A DNA stretch of 40,490 bases from Candidatus Marsarchaeota archaeon (GCA_023473395.1 JAMCYO010000021.1:1-40490), one strand, 5' to 3'; shown: positions 1 to 12,569, counted from the first letter of the stretch. Notes: generated by a model from the letters alone, not told the origin. Made by a program: numbers and translations.

Positions 1-381
1 GGGGAATGCGTCAAGGGGAGCGAAAAGAAGCCGATAGTAAAGCTTTATTTGGAAGGCACATTCGAATTGGGTGGAGCAAGCGAACTGGGCTTAAGGGCCT
101 TAATACTTAAGCACGCGAATGACGCGATAGTCGATATAGACACGAATTCTTTGAAGGAACCCGATATAGAAAAGAGCATAGAAGGCATAAGGGAAAACTC
201 GATAGACAACGTTGGCATAAAGGAGATAGGAATGCAAATACTTAGGAACAGGCTCAAGGAGCTCGGATTCGACAGCTCCGTCAACGTGGAAGAGCTCTTC
301 GAAATACTCTCGGACCAAAAAACATCGAAGAAGGATAAAATAATAGAAAACGCGCTTAAGTTCCTGGGCAGCGAGCGTTAG
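1..381 (+). CDS. C-terminal part of a gene starting before the window; probably Mre11/SbcD-type DNA repair exonuclease (capping domain)
   Basis: Frame 1 is open from base 1 (GECVKGSEKKPIVKLYLEGT...). The KPIVKLYLEG segment and acidic helical tail resemble archaeal Mre11 C-termini. The catalytic motifs lie outside the window. Confidence 0.45.
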   Translation, partial: GECVKGSEKKPIVKLYLEGTFELGGASELGLRALILKHANDAIVDIDTNSLKEPDIEKSIEGIRENSIDNVGIKEIGMQILRNRLKELGFDSSVNVEELFEILSDQKTSKKDKIIENALKFLGSER

Positions 382-382
382 C

Positions 383-628
383 TCACTTCCTGGGCTGCTT
401 CTTTGGCGCGTTGGAGATGCCGAGTACCTTGTTTACCTGCTCCTGGTTCTTTGCGTCGACAGTCTCGTTCAGGAATTCCAAATGCTTTGTGTTGCACTTG
501 CGCTCCTTCTGCCTCTTTGTAGTCACTATGGTGACGAAGCCGTCCTTTGAAACAGAGGTTATCACTGCCCTGCTTCCGGCGTCCCTTCCGAACTTCTTTA
601 TGCATACTCTGCCTGGTTCAACCAACAT
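383..628 (-). CDS. rpl14e: 50S ribosomal protein L14e
   Basis: MLVEPGRVCIKKFGRDAG...ERKCNTKHLE matches the KOW-type L14e pattern. It follows cmk as in the conserved archaeal order. Start moved to the ATG at 628. Confidence 0.93.
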   Translation of the reverse strand: MLVEPGRVCIKKFGRDAGSRAVITSVSKDGFVTIVTTKRQKERKCNTKHLEFLNETVDAKNQEQVNKVLGISNAPKKQPRK

Positions 629-684
629 TCGAATCACTTCGTAAGCTTTATTGTAGTTTATCTTTTCCGACAATCCTTTTATCC

Positions 685-1203
685 TTATCGGCGTTCCGAG
701 GCCTTTGCCGCAAGGCATATTATTTCTGAGGCTTCAGAAGCCCCTATGAGGCCTGTGTTTATGGTAAGGTCAAATATCGACCTATCGTTCAAGTCTATGC
801 CATATATTTTCTTTATGCTGTCTATCTCGCTCTGGTCCTTTTCATAAACGAGCTTTTCCGCTTCCGCCTGGCTTGTCTTGTAGGCTTTGGACCATCTTTC
901 GGCGCGTAGCTTGTGATCGGCATTGAGCCATACCCTAAGGGTAGCATCCCTGACCATCCATGGGGCCAGCCATGTGCTTAATACGCATGATTCCTGTTCC
1001 GAAGCGAGCCTAACAATCTCGTTGTCGAAGCCCTTTACGAAATCCTCGGTGGCGTTTTCCGTGAATTTCGCTATATCCAGCTCACTCTTCACATATTCCT
1101 TGTAGGACTTGTGTATGTGCGGTATGCCAAGCTTTTTGGATACGAGATCGGCAACTGTAGTCTTGCCGCTTGCTGTGAAGCCGGATATGCAAATCTTCAT
1201 CAT
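685..1203 (-). CDS. cmk: cytidylate kinase (archaeal type)
   Basis: ICISGFTASGKTT P-loop and the YGIDLNDRSIFDLTINT tail. Located between rpl34e and rpl14e. Confidence 0.9.
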   Translation of the reverse strand: MMKICISGFTASGKTTVADLVSKKLGIPHIHKSYKEYVKSELDIAKFTENATEDFVKGFDNEIVRLASEQESCVLSTWLAPWMVRDATLRVWLNADHKLRAERWSKAYKTSQAEAEKLVYEKDQSEIDSIKKIYGIDLNDRSIFDLTINTGLIGASEASEIICLAAKASERR

Positions 1204-1207
1204 AGCG

Positions 1208-1525
1208 TCAGTGGGATACGAGCTGCAGCACGTAGGACCTTTGCCTTATGCCTATTTCGTTGAGCTTCATGTCGCCTTGCTCTACCCTGCTGCCGAGCTT
1301 TATGACCTCTGCAGTGCATGAAGCGCAAAGCACTCCGCCGAAAACGCGGCTGTTCGTGCGCCTGCTCGCCGGGCCTTTTTGGGCTATGCCGTTAAGCTCC
1401 TGGCCGCATATGGCGCAGTGTGGCATGGCATCCTTGCCCCTCTTGTAGTGGGTTACAGTGCGCTTTGAGCGCGTTACCCTCTGTACCTTCTTAAAACTAT
1501 GAGACCTGTGCATTGGTTTAGGCAA
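1208..1525 (-). CDS. rpl34e: 50S ribosomal protein L34e
   Basis: PHCAICG...RVFGGVLCASC zinc motif. TTG start with AGGTG SD. Conserved gene order. Confidence 0.93.
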   Translation of the reverse strand: MPKPMHRSHSFKKVQRVTRSKRTVTHYKRGKDAMPHCAICGQELNGIAQKGPASRRTNSRVFGGVLCASCTAEVIKLGSRVEQGDMKLNEIGIRQRSYVLQLVSH

Positions 1526-1588
1526 TTAAAACACCTTGTAATCGTTAAGCAAAGAGAATTTTATTGAAAAGCTATTTATAACTGCTTG

Positions 1589-2101
1589 TCAGGCTTGCGC
1601 TGCGTCCGATGCCTGCTCGGCAATACGCTCCAGCTTTGCCTTCTTCTTGTCGTAGACCATTATAACTATCGATGAGATTATGCCGAGTATGAACACGCAT
1701 GCAAAGAATACGCCTGCGTAATTTAGCTTCATCGAGAACAGGAAAGGCACGTACTCGTTCGCTATTGAATGGAACGCGGTAGGCAATGCAAGATAGTATA
1801 GCAGGAAAAATATTGGAAGTATTATCAGCATTGGCTTTATGGATGTCTTCATGTTCTCGCTCATCAATGGCATAAGCTCCGACTGCTTTTTGTTTATCTC
1901 CTCCTTAGGGGCATTTTGCTTTATCAGCGCATTTAGCTCGCTAGAAAGCGTCTTCATGCGCTGCTGTAGCTCCCTCATTTTTTTGGGGTTTCCCACCTTT
2001 CTCTGGGCAAAGGTAGAAAATGCCACGTAGGCGACGCCTATCGCTACCAATATTATTACAGTAGACATCGGCATTAAAGCGTTGAGTGCTATTGTAGTCA
2101 T
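1589..2101 (-). CDS. DUF106 / EMC3-TMCO1 (Oxa1 superfamily) membrane insertase
   Basis: TM helix, coiled coil, MKTSIKPMLI, then further TM helices. Conserved position downstream of adk. Confidence 0.85.
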   Translation of the reverse strand: MTTIALNALMPMSTVIILVAIGVAYVAFSTFAQRKVGNPKKMRELQQRMKTLSSELNALIKQNAPKEEINKKQSELMPLMSENMKTSIKPMLIILPIFFLLYYLALPTAFHSIANEYVPFLFSMKLNYAGVFFACVFILGIISSIVIMVYDKKKAKLERIAEQASDAAQA

Positions 2102-2697
2102 CCGTATTCGCTGTTTTTTATTATATCTTCAACGAAGCTCTTGAAGTCCAAAGAGGCCTGCTTGAGCCCGTTTTCCTTGTTGTGCAATATGTAGACCGGT
2201 ATGTCGTACATGGAGCCGTACATCGTAACTACGGAAAGGTTGAGCTGCCTTTGGAGGTTCAGAACCTCTTCGTCATCGTTTTCCCTTTTCCTTACCGTAT
2301 CTGAGGAGCGACGCTTTATGAGCTCCTCTGGGCTTGCGTCAACATATATAATTCCTTGTACCGTGCCCATATACTGCAAATCATTTATTGGGAGTCCAAA
2401 TATAAATTTATTTCCTTTTTCAACTGTGGCATGGGTATCCACTATTACGGTCCCTTTCATTGCAGCTATCTTCCCAAAAGCCCTTTTCCTTAGTTCTTTT
2501 ATCCTTGAGGTAGGCAAATACCTGAGCTTATCCCTAGGTATGTTCTCGCTTTCCACCTCTTCGGCCATGAGCGTTCCTATGTTTATAACTTTGAATCTGC
2601 TTTCAGAATCGGATTCTGCCATGCTTTTTATGAGTGTGGTTTTCCCTGCGCCTGGAGACCCCAAAACTAGTATAAGCACGTTTTTGCTTTTGGCCAT
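2098..2697 (-). CDS. adkA: adenylate kinase (archaeal AdkA type)
   Basis: GSPGAGKTT P-loop, VDTH and RRSSDTVRKRE motifs. The ATG at 2697 has a GAGTG SD; alternative start at 2727. Confidence 0.9.
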   Translation of the reverse strand: MAKSKNVLILVLGSPGAGKTTLIKSMAESDSESRFKVINIGTLMAEEVESENIPRDKLRYLPTSRIKELRKRAFGKIAAMKGTVIVDTHATVEKGNKFIFGLPINDLQYMGTVQGIIYVDASPEELIKRRSSDTVRKRENDDEEVLNLQRQLNLSVVTMYGSMYDIPVYILHNKENGLKQASLDFKSFVEDIIKNSEYG

Positions 2698-2899
2698 GGA
2701 AGCACACTCAGATTTCGGTTTTAGCATTTAAATTGCTTTCTTTTTAATATTGAAACTGGAACATTGCTATGAGAAAACAAAAAGCAGAGTCCATGCTTAA
2801 AGAATACAAAAAATATGACGGGTTCTGTAAACAAGAGAAATAGGTAAAAATAAAAAATAAAATGGGAGCAGGAAACCCTGCCCATCATTTATGGAACGC

Positions 2900-4552
2900 T
2901 TATTCCATTGGAGGCATTCCGCCTGAGCCGCCCATTCCGCCTGAAGGCGCCTTGCCTTTGGAGCTTATTATGTCGTCGATTCTTAGGACCATTTCAGCAG
3001 CTTCGGATGCGCTGTATATGGACTGCATCTTCATCTTCTCAGGCTCGAACACGCCCAATTTGCTCATGTCGCCGATGCTGTTCCTGTAGACGTCAACGCC
3101 GTATATCTTTCCATCCTTGCTCTTGTGCTTGCTCCTGAGCTGCACCAGCGTGTCTATTGCATCTATGCCTGCGCTTTCTGCCAGCGTCTTAGGTATTGCT
3201 TCTAGAGCGTCTGCGAACTTCTGTATCGCAAGTTGCTCCCTGCCGCCAACCTGGCCCGAGTAGTTTCTTAGCTCATCGGCAAGATCTATCTCTATGCTTC
3301 CTCCGCCTATAACATACCTTCCATCGTTTTCTATAGTGGCCGAAACTGCGCCTATGACGTCGTTCAACGAGCGCTCCGCTTCGTCAACTACTTGCTGTGT
3401 GCCGCCCCTAACAAATATGGTTACACTCTTCGGGTCCTTGCACTTTTCTACGAACACCATCTGTTCTCCCGCAATCTTGCGCTCTTCTACAAGGCCCGCA
3501 TGCCCTAGGTCTTCCGGCGTGAGGTCGTCAAGGCTTGTAACGATTTTTGCAGCTGTGGCTTTCGAAAGCTTCTCTATATCGCTTTTCTTGACCCTCCTTA
3601 CGGCCATTATGCCTGCCTTTGCGAGATAGTGCTGGGCCATGTCGTCGATGCCCTTCTGTGTTACCACAAAATTGGCTCCGCTTTTCTTTACCTTTTCCAC
3701 CATCTCCTTCAGCATGCGCTCTTCCTGCTGGAGGAACGACTGTATCTGGTCAGGCGATGTGATTTCTATCTTGGCGTCTGTCTCGGTCTTTTCTATTTCC
3801 AGCGCGACGTCAAGAAGCGCTATTTTTGCATTGTTTATTGTCTTTGGCATGCCCGGGTGCGCAACCTCTTTGTCTATGAGCACCCCATTTATCAGAGCGG
3901 TGTCTGCTATGCTGCCCCCCGATTTCTTCTCTACCTTTATGAAGTCATGGTCTACGTGCAGCTTGCCGTCCTGGCCCTTTTCCATTACCTGCTTGACTGC
4001 CTTTATCACAAGCTTCGATATCTGGGCCTTTGTCGCATCGTCGCCTATGTTCTTCGAACCCATTGAAACCATGGCTATCTTCTGCAGCGTCTGTTCGTCG
4101 CTAATCTCAACGCTTCTTGAATACTTTGCCAATATTTCAGCCGCCTTAGAAGCCGCCATCTTGTATCCTTTTATTATTATTGTTGGGTGTATTCCCTGCT
4201 CCAAAAGCTCCTCTGCGCCCTTGAGCAAGCCCCCTGCGGTTATTATCACGCTTGTTGTTCCGTCTCCTACCTCTCTGTCCTGGGTCTTTGCCACGTCAAC
4301 GAGTATCTTCGCTACCGGGTGCTCAACATTCATTTCCTCCAATATTGTAGCTCCGTCGTTGGTTATCACGATGTCGCCGAGGTCGCTGACTAGCATCTTG
4401 TCCATTCCCTTCGGGCCGAGTGTTGTCTTTACCGCATTGGCTACCGCAACTGCAACTGCAATGTTTGTGCGCTGTGCGTCCCTTCCCAAAAGCCTTGATG
4501 CCCCTTCCGGAAGCAACAATACCTGCTGTCCTCCTAGATTATTTTCTGCCAT
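2900..4552 (-). CDS. ths: thermosome (group II chaperonin) subunit
   Basis: TLGPKGMDKM, TNDGATIL and GDGTTS motifs, with a GGM-rich C-terminal tail. Confidence 0.98.
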   Translation of the reverse strand: MAENNLGGQQVLLLPEGASRLLGRDAQRTNIAVAVAVANAVKTTLGPKGMDKMLVSDLGDIVITNDGATILEEMNVEHPVAKILVDVAKTQDREVGDGTTSVIITAGGLLKGAEELLEQGIHPTIIIKGYKMAASKAAEILAKYSRSVEISDEQTLQKIAMVSMGSKNIGDDATKAQISKLVIKAVKQVMEKGQDGKLHVDHDFIKVEKKSGGSIADTALINGVLIDKEVAHPGMPKTINNAKIALLDVALEIEKTETDAKIEITSPDQIQSFLQQEERMLKEMVEKVKKSGANFVVTQKGIDDMAQHYLAKAGIMAVRRVKKSDIEKLSKATAAKIVTSLDDLTPEDLGHAGLVEERKIAGEQMVFVEKCKDPKSVTIFVRGGTQQVVDEAERSLNDVIGAVSATIENDGRYVIGGGSIEIDLADELRNYSGQVGGREQLAIQKFADALEAIPKTLAESAGIDAIDTLVQLRSKHKSKDGKIYGVDVYRNSIGDMSKLGVFEPEKMKMQSIYSASEAAEMVLRIDDIISSKGKAPSGGMGGSGGMPPME

Positions 4553-4830
4553 ATTTTCACTCCTTTGTTTTTAAGCACGATTTTAGGCTAAAAGCCCATC
4601 AACAAATTTTAGAATTTGCATTTTTTATATATATGTGTTTATACTGTTTCCATATTGTTTTATCGGATTAATTATTTATATTTTATGCATTTTGGGGCTT
4701 TATCTTTAGTGCATGCCGGTTTTGGATTTTTTATTCGGAAAAAGAGCTTACCAAAAGGGTTTTAAATATAAAATCGTAATAGTTATTGAAGATTTTTCTG
4801 AGTGAAAACCCTCATTTGTAGAATGTTTGA

Positions 4831-6750
<1,920 letters not shown>

Positions 6751-6755
6751 TATTT

Positions 6756-9215
6756 ATGGAAGAAAACAGCGAGAAGCACCTCGAAGTTTCTATAGAAAAC
6801 GAAATGCAAAGCAGCTACATAGACTACGCTATGAGCGTGATAATAGGCAGGGCGCTGCCAGATGCTAGGGACGGCCTCAAGCCCGCTCAAAGAAGGATAT
6901 TGTATGCAATGCACATGCTCAAAAACACGCACGAGCAAGCCACGAAGAAGAGCGCGAGGATTGTAGGGGAAACAATAGGAAAATACCACCCGCACGGGGA
7001 CATGGCGGTGTACGAAACGCTTGTAAGGATGGCGCAGGACTTTTCCATGAGGGAGATGCTGGTCGAAGGGCAGGGCAACATGGGTTCCATAGACGGCGAC
7101 CCTGCAGCAGCGCAGAGGTATACCGAGGTAAGGCTTAGGAGGATAGCCGAGGAGATGCTCGAGGACCTCGAAAAGAAAGCAGTGCCTTTCATCCCGAATT
7201 TTGACAATACCGAAGAGGAGCCGCAGGTCCTTCCGTCAAAGATGCCGAATTTGCTCGTTAACGGTTCATCTGGCATAGCAGTAGGCGTAGCCACCAACAT
7301 ACTGCCCCACAACCTCGGGGAGGTCTGCGATGCGGTAAATGCTTATATAGAGAAACCGGAGATAACGCCGCTGGAGCTTATGGGTTACATAAAGGGCCCA
7401 GATTTCCCTACAGGCGGCATTGCGTTCATGAGCTCTGAGCTTAAAAGGGCTTATTTATCAGGAAGGGGAAGCGTAATTGTAAGAGGCAAGGCTACGCTTG
7501 AGGAAAAACAGAACCGAAGCCAGTTCATAATAACGGAAATACCATACACGGTAAACAAAAGCGCCATGGTGGCCAAGATAGCTTCCCTGGTAAAGGAAAA
7601 GCTCATAGATGGCATAAGCGCGATAAGGGACGAGAGCGACAAGAAGGGCATGAGGGTAGTTATAGAGCTCAAGCAGGACGCAAACCCTGATGTGGTGCTT
7701 AACCAGCTCTACAAGCACAGCCAGATGCAGATTACGCTGCCGGTAATGAACATAGCCGTGATGGGCAACAGGCTGCTGACGCTCAACATAAAGGATTTCA
7801 TAAAGGTGTTCGTGGAGCACCGCATGGGAGTAGTAAGGAATAGGACAAGGTACGACTTGGGGGTAGCCACGGACAGAAGGCACATAGTCGAAGGGCTGCT
7901 GGTTGCGCTCAAGGATATAGACGGCGTCATAGCCATAATAAAGGCCAGCTCCGACACGAGGGAAGCTAGGGAGACGCTCATAGGCAACTACAGCATAAGC
8001 GAGAAGCAGGCTAACGCGATATTGGACATGAAGCTTTCAAGGCTTACGCGATTGGAAACCACTACGCTTGAGGCGGAAAAGGCAGAGCTTGACAAAAGCA
8101 TAGACTATTACAATGAGGTGCTCTCAAAGGAGCAAATGGTTTACAACATAATAAAGGAGGAAACCTCATCCATGAAGGAAAGATTCGGAAACCCCAGGAG
8201 GACCGAAATAGTCGAAGACGAAGCGATGAGCATTGAGAACGAAGACCTCATAAAGGATTATCCTTGCATAGTATTGCTTAGCGCCAAAGGCTACATGAAA
8301 AGGCTCGGGCTTGAGGAATACAGGAACCAATCGAGAGGGGGCAAGGGCATAATAACTATGGAACTCAAGGAGGGCGACTACATAAAGCAAAGCATCCAGT
8401 GCATGACGAAGGACTTCCTGCTTGCGATAACTAACAAGGGAAGGGCTTACTGGCTCAAGGGCTATGCGGTGCCGGAGAGCAGCAGGTACAGCTCGGGCAA
8501 GGCGGCCGCGAACATGTTCGCGCTGGGTGAGGGCGAGCATATTGAGAAATTCGTCAACACCAGGGATTTCGAAGGCCATTACATAAACTTCGTTACAAAG
8601 TCGGGAACCATAAAAAGAAGCTCCGCGAGCCTTTATTCTAGGCCAAGATCCACTGGCATAATAGCGCTCAACATAGCCGAAGGCGATTCTATAGCCGATG
8701 TGTGCATATCTGACGGGCATTCGGATATGTTTGTTGCGACGGCCAACGGAAAGGCGATAAGGTTCAACGAAGAGGACGCAAGGGCTGTCGGAAGGAATGC
8801 CACGGGCGTAAGGGCGATAAGGCTAAGGAAAGGAGATGCTGTAGTCAACGCAATACCTGTAAAGGAGGATTCCATAGTGGCTAGCATAACCGAAAACGGA
8901 TACGGAAAGATAACCGAAATCGGGAAATACAGGCTTCAGCGCAGGGGAGGAAAGGGGATAATAAACCTGAAGGTGAACCCCAAGACGGGCAAGGTAGTAA
9001 AGGCGATAACATGCGAGCCTGAAGACAGCATTATACTTGTGAATACTGCAGGCGTGTCAATCCAGTTCAGCGCGTCGGAGATAAGGCAGAGTGGAAGGAA
9101 TGCGAGCGGTGTCAGGCTGATGCGCTTGGATGAAGGCACCCATGTGGTAGACGCGCAGGCGATAAAAAAGGCAGGGCAAGAAGGGGCAGCTTCGGACGCG
9201 ACAGGAAACGATTGA
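6756..9215 (+). CDS. gyrA: DNA gyrase subunit A
   Basis: [27 protein letters not shown] (catalytic Tyr), GyrA-box QSRGGKG and beta-pinwheel repeats. Confidence 0.97.
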   Translation: MEENSEKHLEVSIENEMQSSYIDYAMSVIIGRALPDARDGLKPAQRRILYAMHMLKNTHEQATKKSARIVGETIGKYHPHGDMAVYETLVRMAQDFSMREMLVEGQGNMGSIDGDPAAAQRYTEVRLRRIAEEMLEDLEKKAVPFIPNFDNTEEEPQVLPSKMPNLLVNGSSGIAVGVATNILPHNLGEVCDAVNAYIEKPEITPLELMGYIKGPDFPTGGIAFMSSELKRAYLSGRGSVIVRGKATLEEKQNRSQFIITEIPYTVNKSAMVAKIASLVKEKLIDGISAIRDESDKKGMRVVIELKQDANPDVVLNQLYKHSQMQITLPVMNIAVMGNRLLTLNIKDFIKVFVEHRMGVVRNRTRYDLGVATDRRHIVEGLLVALKDIDGVIAIIKASSDTREARETLIGNYSISEKQANAILDMKLSRLTRLETTTLEAEKAELDKSIDYYNEVLSKEQMVYNIIKEETSSMKERFGNPRRTEIVEDEAMSIENEDLIKDYPCIVLLSAKGYMKRLGLEEYRNQSRGGKGIITMELKEGDYIKQSIQCMTKDFLLAITNKGRAYWLKGYAVPESSRYSSGKAAANMFALGEGEHIEKFVNTRDFEGHYINFVTKSGTIKRSSASLYSRPRSTGIIALNIAEGDSIADVCISDGHSDMFVATANGKAIRFNEEDARAVGRNATGVRAIRLRKGDAVVNAIPVKEDSIVASITENGYGKITEIGKYRLQRRGGKGIINLKVNPKTGKVVKAITCEPEDSIILVNTAGVSIQFSASEIRQSGRNASGVRLMRLDEGTHVVDAQAIKKAGQEGAASDATGND

Positions 9216-9218
9216 ACA

Positions 9219-10169
9219 TCAGTCCCTTATGCCTTCCGGGGTCACTTTTATGACGCATTCGCCGTCCGGCATGCTCGGGCTGTCAACAAGCCTCACTATG
9301 CGCTTGTCTTCCTTGCTTTTCCTAAGATAAAGCCTTGTAGTAGCAGCATGAGCCAATATGTTTCCGCCTATTGGCGTTGTAGGGTCGCCGAAGAGTATGC
9401 CGGGATTGTCCATGACCTGGTTAGTTATGTAGACCGCAAGGTTAAACTTGTCAGCGAGGGCCTGAAGTTTGTGTATGTGGACGTTAAGCTTCTGTTGGCG
9501 CTCCCCCAAAGCACCCCTGCCTATGAATTCCGACCTGAACAGCGAAGTCAGCGAATCCACGACTATAAGTTTTATGTTCTTTTCGAGTATTATGCTGTCT
9601 GCCCTGTCTATGGTAAGTATCTGTTTTTCTGTAGTTGTTGCCCTAACTACCATTATGTTTTGGAGTACTTGGTTTTCGTCAAGCTTTAGGGCACGGGCCA
9701 TTTCGGCAATCCTTTCTGGCCTGAACGTGCCTTCAGTATCTACAAATAGGACTGAGCCCTCCATGCCGCCCTTGCCCTTCGGGAGCTGTACGTTTACGGA
9801 TAATTGAAAGCCCAACTGGCTCTTGCCGCTGGCGAATTTGCCATAAACTTCCGTTATTGCGTTGGTTTCTACGCCGCCCCCTATCAGTTCGTTGAGGTCC
9901 TTGGAGCCCGTCGTTATCCTCCCCAGGACGGCGCGCTTTTCCATTATTTGGGCTCCGGATTCGTAATCTATGGTGGTCGCTTCCTGGGCAGCCTGGATTG
10001 CCTCTTTTGCCTTTTCGGCGTTGATTCCGGCAAGTTCCGCAAGCTCGTGCGGGGCAGAAACGGCAACCTTTTCGAGGGTGTCTACTCCCGCGGCTCTAAG
10101 TTTTTCCGCAGTTGTTGGGCCGATTCCCGGAAGGTCTTCCAGCTCCTTAACTGCTTTCTCCTTTGCCAT
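9219..10169 (-). CDS. radA: DNA repair and recombination protein RadA
   Basis: N-terminal HhH (LEDLPGIGP), Walker A GKFASGKS, DTEGTFRPER, VVDS, GGNILAH. Confidence 0.97.
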   Translation of the reverse strand: MAKEKAVKELEDLPGIGPTTAEKLRAAGVDTLEKVAVSAPHELAELAGINAEKAKEAIQAAQEATTIDYESGAQIMEKRAVLGRITTGSKDLNELIGGGVETNAITEVYGKFASGKSQLGFQLSVNVQLPKGKGGMEGSVLFVDTEGTFRPERIAEMARALKLDENQVLQNIMVVRATTTEKQILTIDRADSIILEKNIKLIVVDSLTSLFRSEFIGRGALGERQQKLNVHIHKLQALADKFNLAVYITNQVMDNPGILFGDPTTPIGGNILAHAATTRLYLRKSKEDKRIVRLVDSPSMPDGECVIKVTPEGIRD

Positions 10170-10251
10170 ACAATAAGCACCAGCGCAATCGCATAGATAT
10201 TTGTTGCGTTATGAATTTATACTGTTCGTTATGCCTTAAATCAAATAGAAA

Positions 10252-10321
10252 TAGTGCCAGCGTGACATGCACGCTGGCAAGGCGACCAGTTCTTCACGAC
10301 CTTCCTACAGTAGAGAACCCG
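10252..10321 (-). ncRNA. candidate small RNA or structured leader upstream of radA
   Basis: GC-rich ~70-nt island in an AT-rich intergenic region. A minus-strand TTTTAAA box (10344-10350) lies ~24 nt upstream. It ends in a perfect 10-bp inverted repeat (10255-10264/10270-10279) followed by a T-rich run. Confidence 0.4.
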
Positions 10322-10543
10322 TAATATAATATAAAAAGATAAGTTTAAAAGGCTTTTGAAATAGCGGAATATTTTTATTTGTGCGCTTAAAAACAGCCCT
10401 TGCCTAGCATCGAATTGCGGGCTTCCGGGCCGCCGTTTGGGGTTAGCTTTTATATCCTTTGCGCATAAATCATTATTAGTATTTGGAAGTGCGCATATGC
10501 TTATGACCCTAGTTTTGCATCTTGTGCCAATCGCGGAATCTCA

Positions 10544-11239
10544 ATGAAAACTTTCCTGACACTGAATTTTAAGGCAACGCTGCTCGCCCTAGCCATGGGA
10601 ATAGCGATGATAGTGATAGCTTGGCCGGATTATGGCCTCTTTTTCTTCCTTGTAATGCTGTGGTTCCTTGCAATATCGGCTATAGTAACCTTTGCGGGAA
10701 CATCTTATAAGAAGAAAAAAGGCTTATACGAAAAACACAGAGGGTATAAGAATGTCGTAGCCAATGGCCTGCTTCCTTTCGTTTTTGTCGTTGCTTTTGC
10801 TATTTTAAGGCATTATGGCCAGGGAGCCCTGGCTGTCTTGTGCATAGCGGGGTTCATAAGCGCAGTTAGCGGGGTTACAGCAGATAAGTTCAGCAGCGAA
10901 CTGGGGGTACTTGATGGGGAGCCCAGGGCAATTTTTGGCTTCAGAAAGGTGAAAAAAGGGACTTCTGGCGGCGTTACATTGTTCGGCCTGGCGATGGGGC
11001 TGTTTGGCAGCCTGCTTGCGAGCATTACCGTGCTCGCCGCACCGCATTTCGCTATAGCTACAGTCCCAAAGTATGCGATTTTTATGGTTGCGGTGGTGGC
11101 AGGTTTCCTCGGGACGGTTTTCGACTCCATGCTTGGTTACTTTGAGGAAAAAGGCATAGGGAACAAGTTTTCTTCCAATTTCTTTGCGGCGTTGGGCTCA
11201 AGCGTTGTCTGCATCGTTGCGCTTGTTGCGCTTGGATGA
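10544..11239 (+). CDS. DUF92 (TMEM19-like) membrane protein
   Basis: RGYKNVVANG, ADKFSSELG, GTSGGVTLFG and DSMLG motifs, with multiple TM segments. Confidence 0.9.
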   Translation: MKTFLTLNFKATLLALAMGIAMIVIAWPDYGLFFFLVMLWFLAISAIVTFAGTSYKKKKGLYEKHRGYKNVVANGLLPFVFVVAFAILRHYGQGALAVLCIAGFISAVSGVTADKFSSELGVLDGEPRAIFGFRKVKKGTSGGVTLFGLAMGLFGSLLASITVLAAPHFAIATVPKYAIFMVAVVAGFLGTVFDSMLGYFEEKGIGNKFSSNFFAALGSSVVCIVALVALG

Positions 11240-11656
11240 AGAAAGCGACGCGCCTGTCGAATTCCTTATTTTTTCGAGTACCGATGGAGGCATTGGCACA
11301 GCATGCCAGAGCTCCTTGTCTATAGATACTTGTGTTATATGGCCAACGCAGCTCTTGGAGCCGTTAACGAGTATCTCGAAATCAAACCTAAGCGCCTTGT
11401 CAGAGACGAGCTTGGGCTCAAGCAGCACGGATAGCTCTTCGCCGAGCTTTGCGGATTTGAAGTATTTTGCTTCCGATTCCACAACCACGAACCATGTCCT
11501 TTCATCGAGCAGGGGATAGCTGAGACCGAGCGTATCCCTCATGAAGCCTTCGGCAGCGTCTGTGAAAAACCTGTAATATCCCGCATAGTGCACTATGCCC
11601 TGCGCATCGGTGTCGTATATCCTGACCCTGTCAGTAAAAACTATTTTTTTACCCAT
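11198..11656 (-). CDS. acyl-CoA thioesterase (YbgC/4HBT hot-dog family)
   Basis: RVRIYDTDAQGIVHYAGYYRFF motif. The true start is the ATG at 11656 with a GGTGAGG SD; the longer ORF overlaps a tRNA. Confidence 0.9.
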   Translation of the reverse strand: MGKKIVFTDRVRIYDTDAQGIVHYAGYYRFFTDAAEGFMRDTLGLSYPLLDERTWFVVVESEAKYFKSAKLGEELSVLLEPKLVSDKALRFDFEILVNGSKSCVGHITQVSIDKELWHAVPMPPSVLEKIRNSTGASLSSSKRNKRNDADNA

Positions 11657-11683
11657 TCCCTCACCCAAACGGCATTTGCCGAT

Positions 11684-11771
11684 TGCGCCAGCCGGGATTT
11701 GAACCCGGGCATTCAGCTTTTTCCAATGCAATATGGGAAGCTGATATCCTACCAGGCTAGATGACTGGCGC
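11684..11771 (-). tRNA. tRNA-Gly(CCC) with 15-nt intron at 37/38 (11719-11733)
   Basis: GCGCCAG/CTGGCGC acceptor stem, TCAGC-TT-CCC-A|intron|A-GCTGA, TTCAAATC T-loop. The TTCC/GGAA central helix with 3-nt bulges is BHB-like. 73 nt after splicing. Confidence 0.93.
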
Positions 11772-11786
11772 ACTTTCAAGCGCGAT

Positions 11787-12569
11787 TTATCTTATGTACG
11801 ACGGCTTGAGCCCTTCGCTTCCTGGCGCAGGAATCTGCGCTGTGCCGCTTAGCTGCTTTTCCAGCTCCTTAAGCGTTTTTGCAGTCTTCTTTATCATAGC
11901 GTCCATGTGGGTAGTGTCTATTTTCATCCCGAGGCGCTTTGTAAGCATCTGGAGCACAGCCTTTGCGGCTGCAGGGTCCATGTCGAAAAACGTCGATTCG
12001 CCCATAAGGCATACCCCTTCGATCTTTTCCATCTTGGCGAATGCCAGCATAAGGCCTGCGGCGCCTATTATTACAGTGTGCGCTTTGCCGAAAAGAACGT
12101 CATCCTTGGCAAAATCGGCTATTGTCTTTTTTGAGGTAGCGTTTCCGAAAACCTTCGGTGACGCCACAACGCTGCCGCTGACGTTGTAGCCCCCTATGGT
12201 GTATATGAAGCTGCCGTTGAGCTTCTCCTTGAAGAACTTGACTATCTTATGGCTTACCTCATACTGCCCTTCCGGGCTTATCGCTTGGGCGTCTCCAGTT
12301 AGCACAACTATGTCCTGCTTGCCCTTCCTCTTTATGAGGTAGAACCTGTTGCTGACGAGCCTAAGGCAGCCGTTTTTCATCATGAAAACTTCGTGCGGGA
12401 AATGTGGCGAGTACACCGTGGCTATGCGCTCCGCCTTGAATTCCCGTATCAGGTGCTCCGCCACGAGCTTGCCCACGTTTCCTATGCCCGGCAAGCCCAC
12501 TATCAGTACCGGGTCATTCAGCTTGAGGCCTTTTTTGTATTTTATTATCGTTTTTTCCATGGACATCAT
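11787..12569 (-). CDS. PAC2 family proteasome assembly chaperone-like protein
   Basis: GLPGIGNVGKL, YSPHFP, IYTIGGY, IIGAAGL, CLMGE and DPAAAK motifs. Directly downstream of aIF2a. Confidence 0.9.
   Translation of the reverse strand: MMSMEKTIIKYKKGLKLNDPVLIVGLPGIGNVGKLVAEHLIREFKAERIATVYSPHFPHEVFMMKNGCLRLVSNRFYLIKRKGKQDIVVLTGDAQAISPEGQYEVSHKIVKFFKEKLNGSFIYTIGGYNVSGSVVASPKVFGNATSKKTIADFAKDDVLFGKAHTVIIGAAGLMLAFAKMEKIEGVCLMGESTFFDMDPAAAKAVLQMLTKRLGMKIDTTHMDAMIKKTAKTLKELEKQLSGTAQIPAPGSEGLKPSYIR

Noticed and set aside
2769-2843. 24-codon plus-strand ORF (MRKQKAESMLKEY...) between adkA and ths
   Set aside because: No SD, and it is antisense to the likely ths terminator/adkA promoter region. Probably chance.
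3639-4574. 311-aa plus-strand ORF and similar long antisense ORFs (2201-2731, 19565-20245, 20497-21411)
   Set aside because: They lie antisense to clearly identified conserved genes and have Ser/Phe-rich shadow composition with no motifs.
11719-11733. Guide function for the tRNA-Gly intron
   Set aside because: It is only 15 nt, with no CTGA or TGATGA boxes. It is an ordinary BHB-type intron.
11657-11779. N-terminal extension of the thioesterase ORF
   Set aside because: It runs through the tRNA-Gly gene. The real start is at 11656 with a strong SD.
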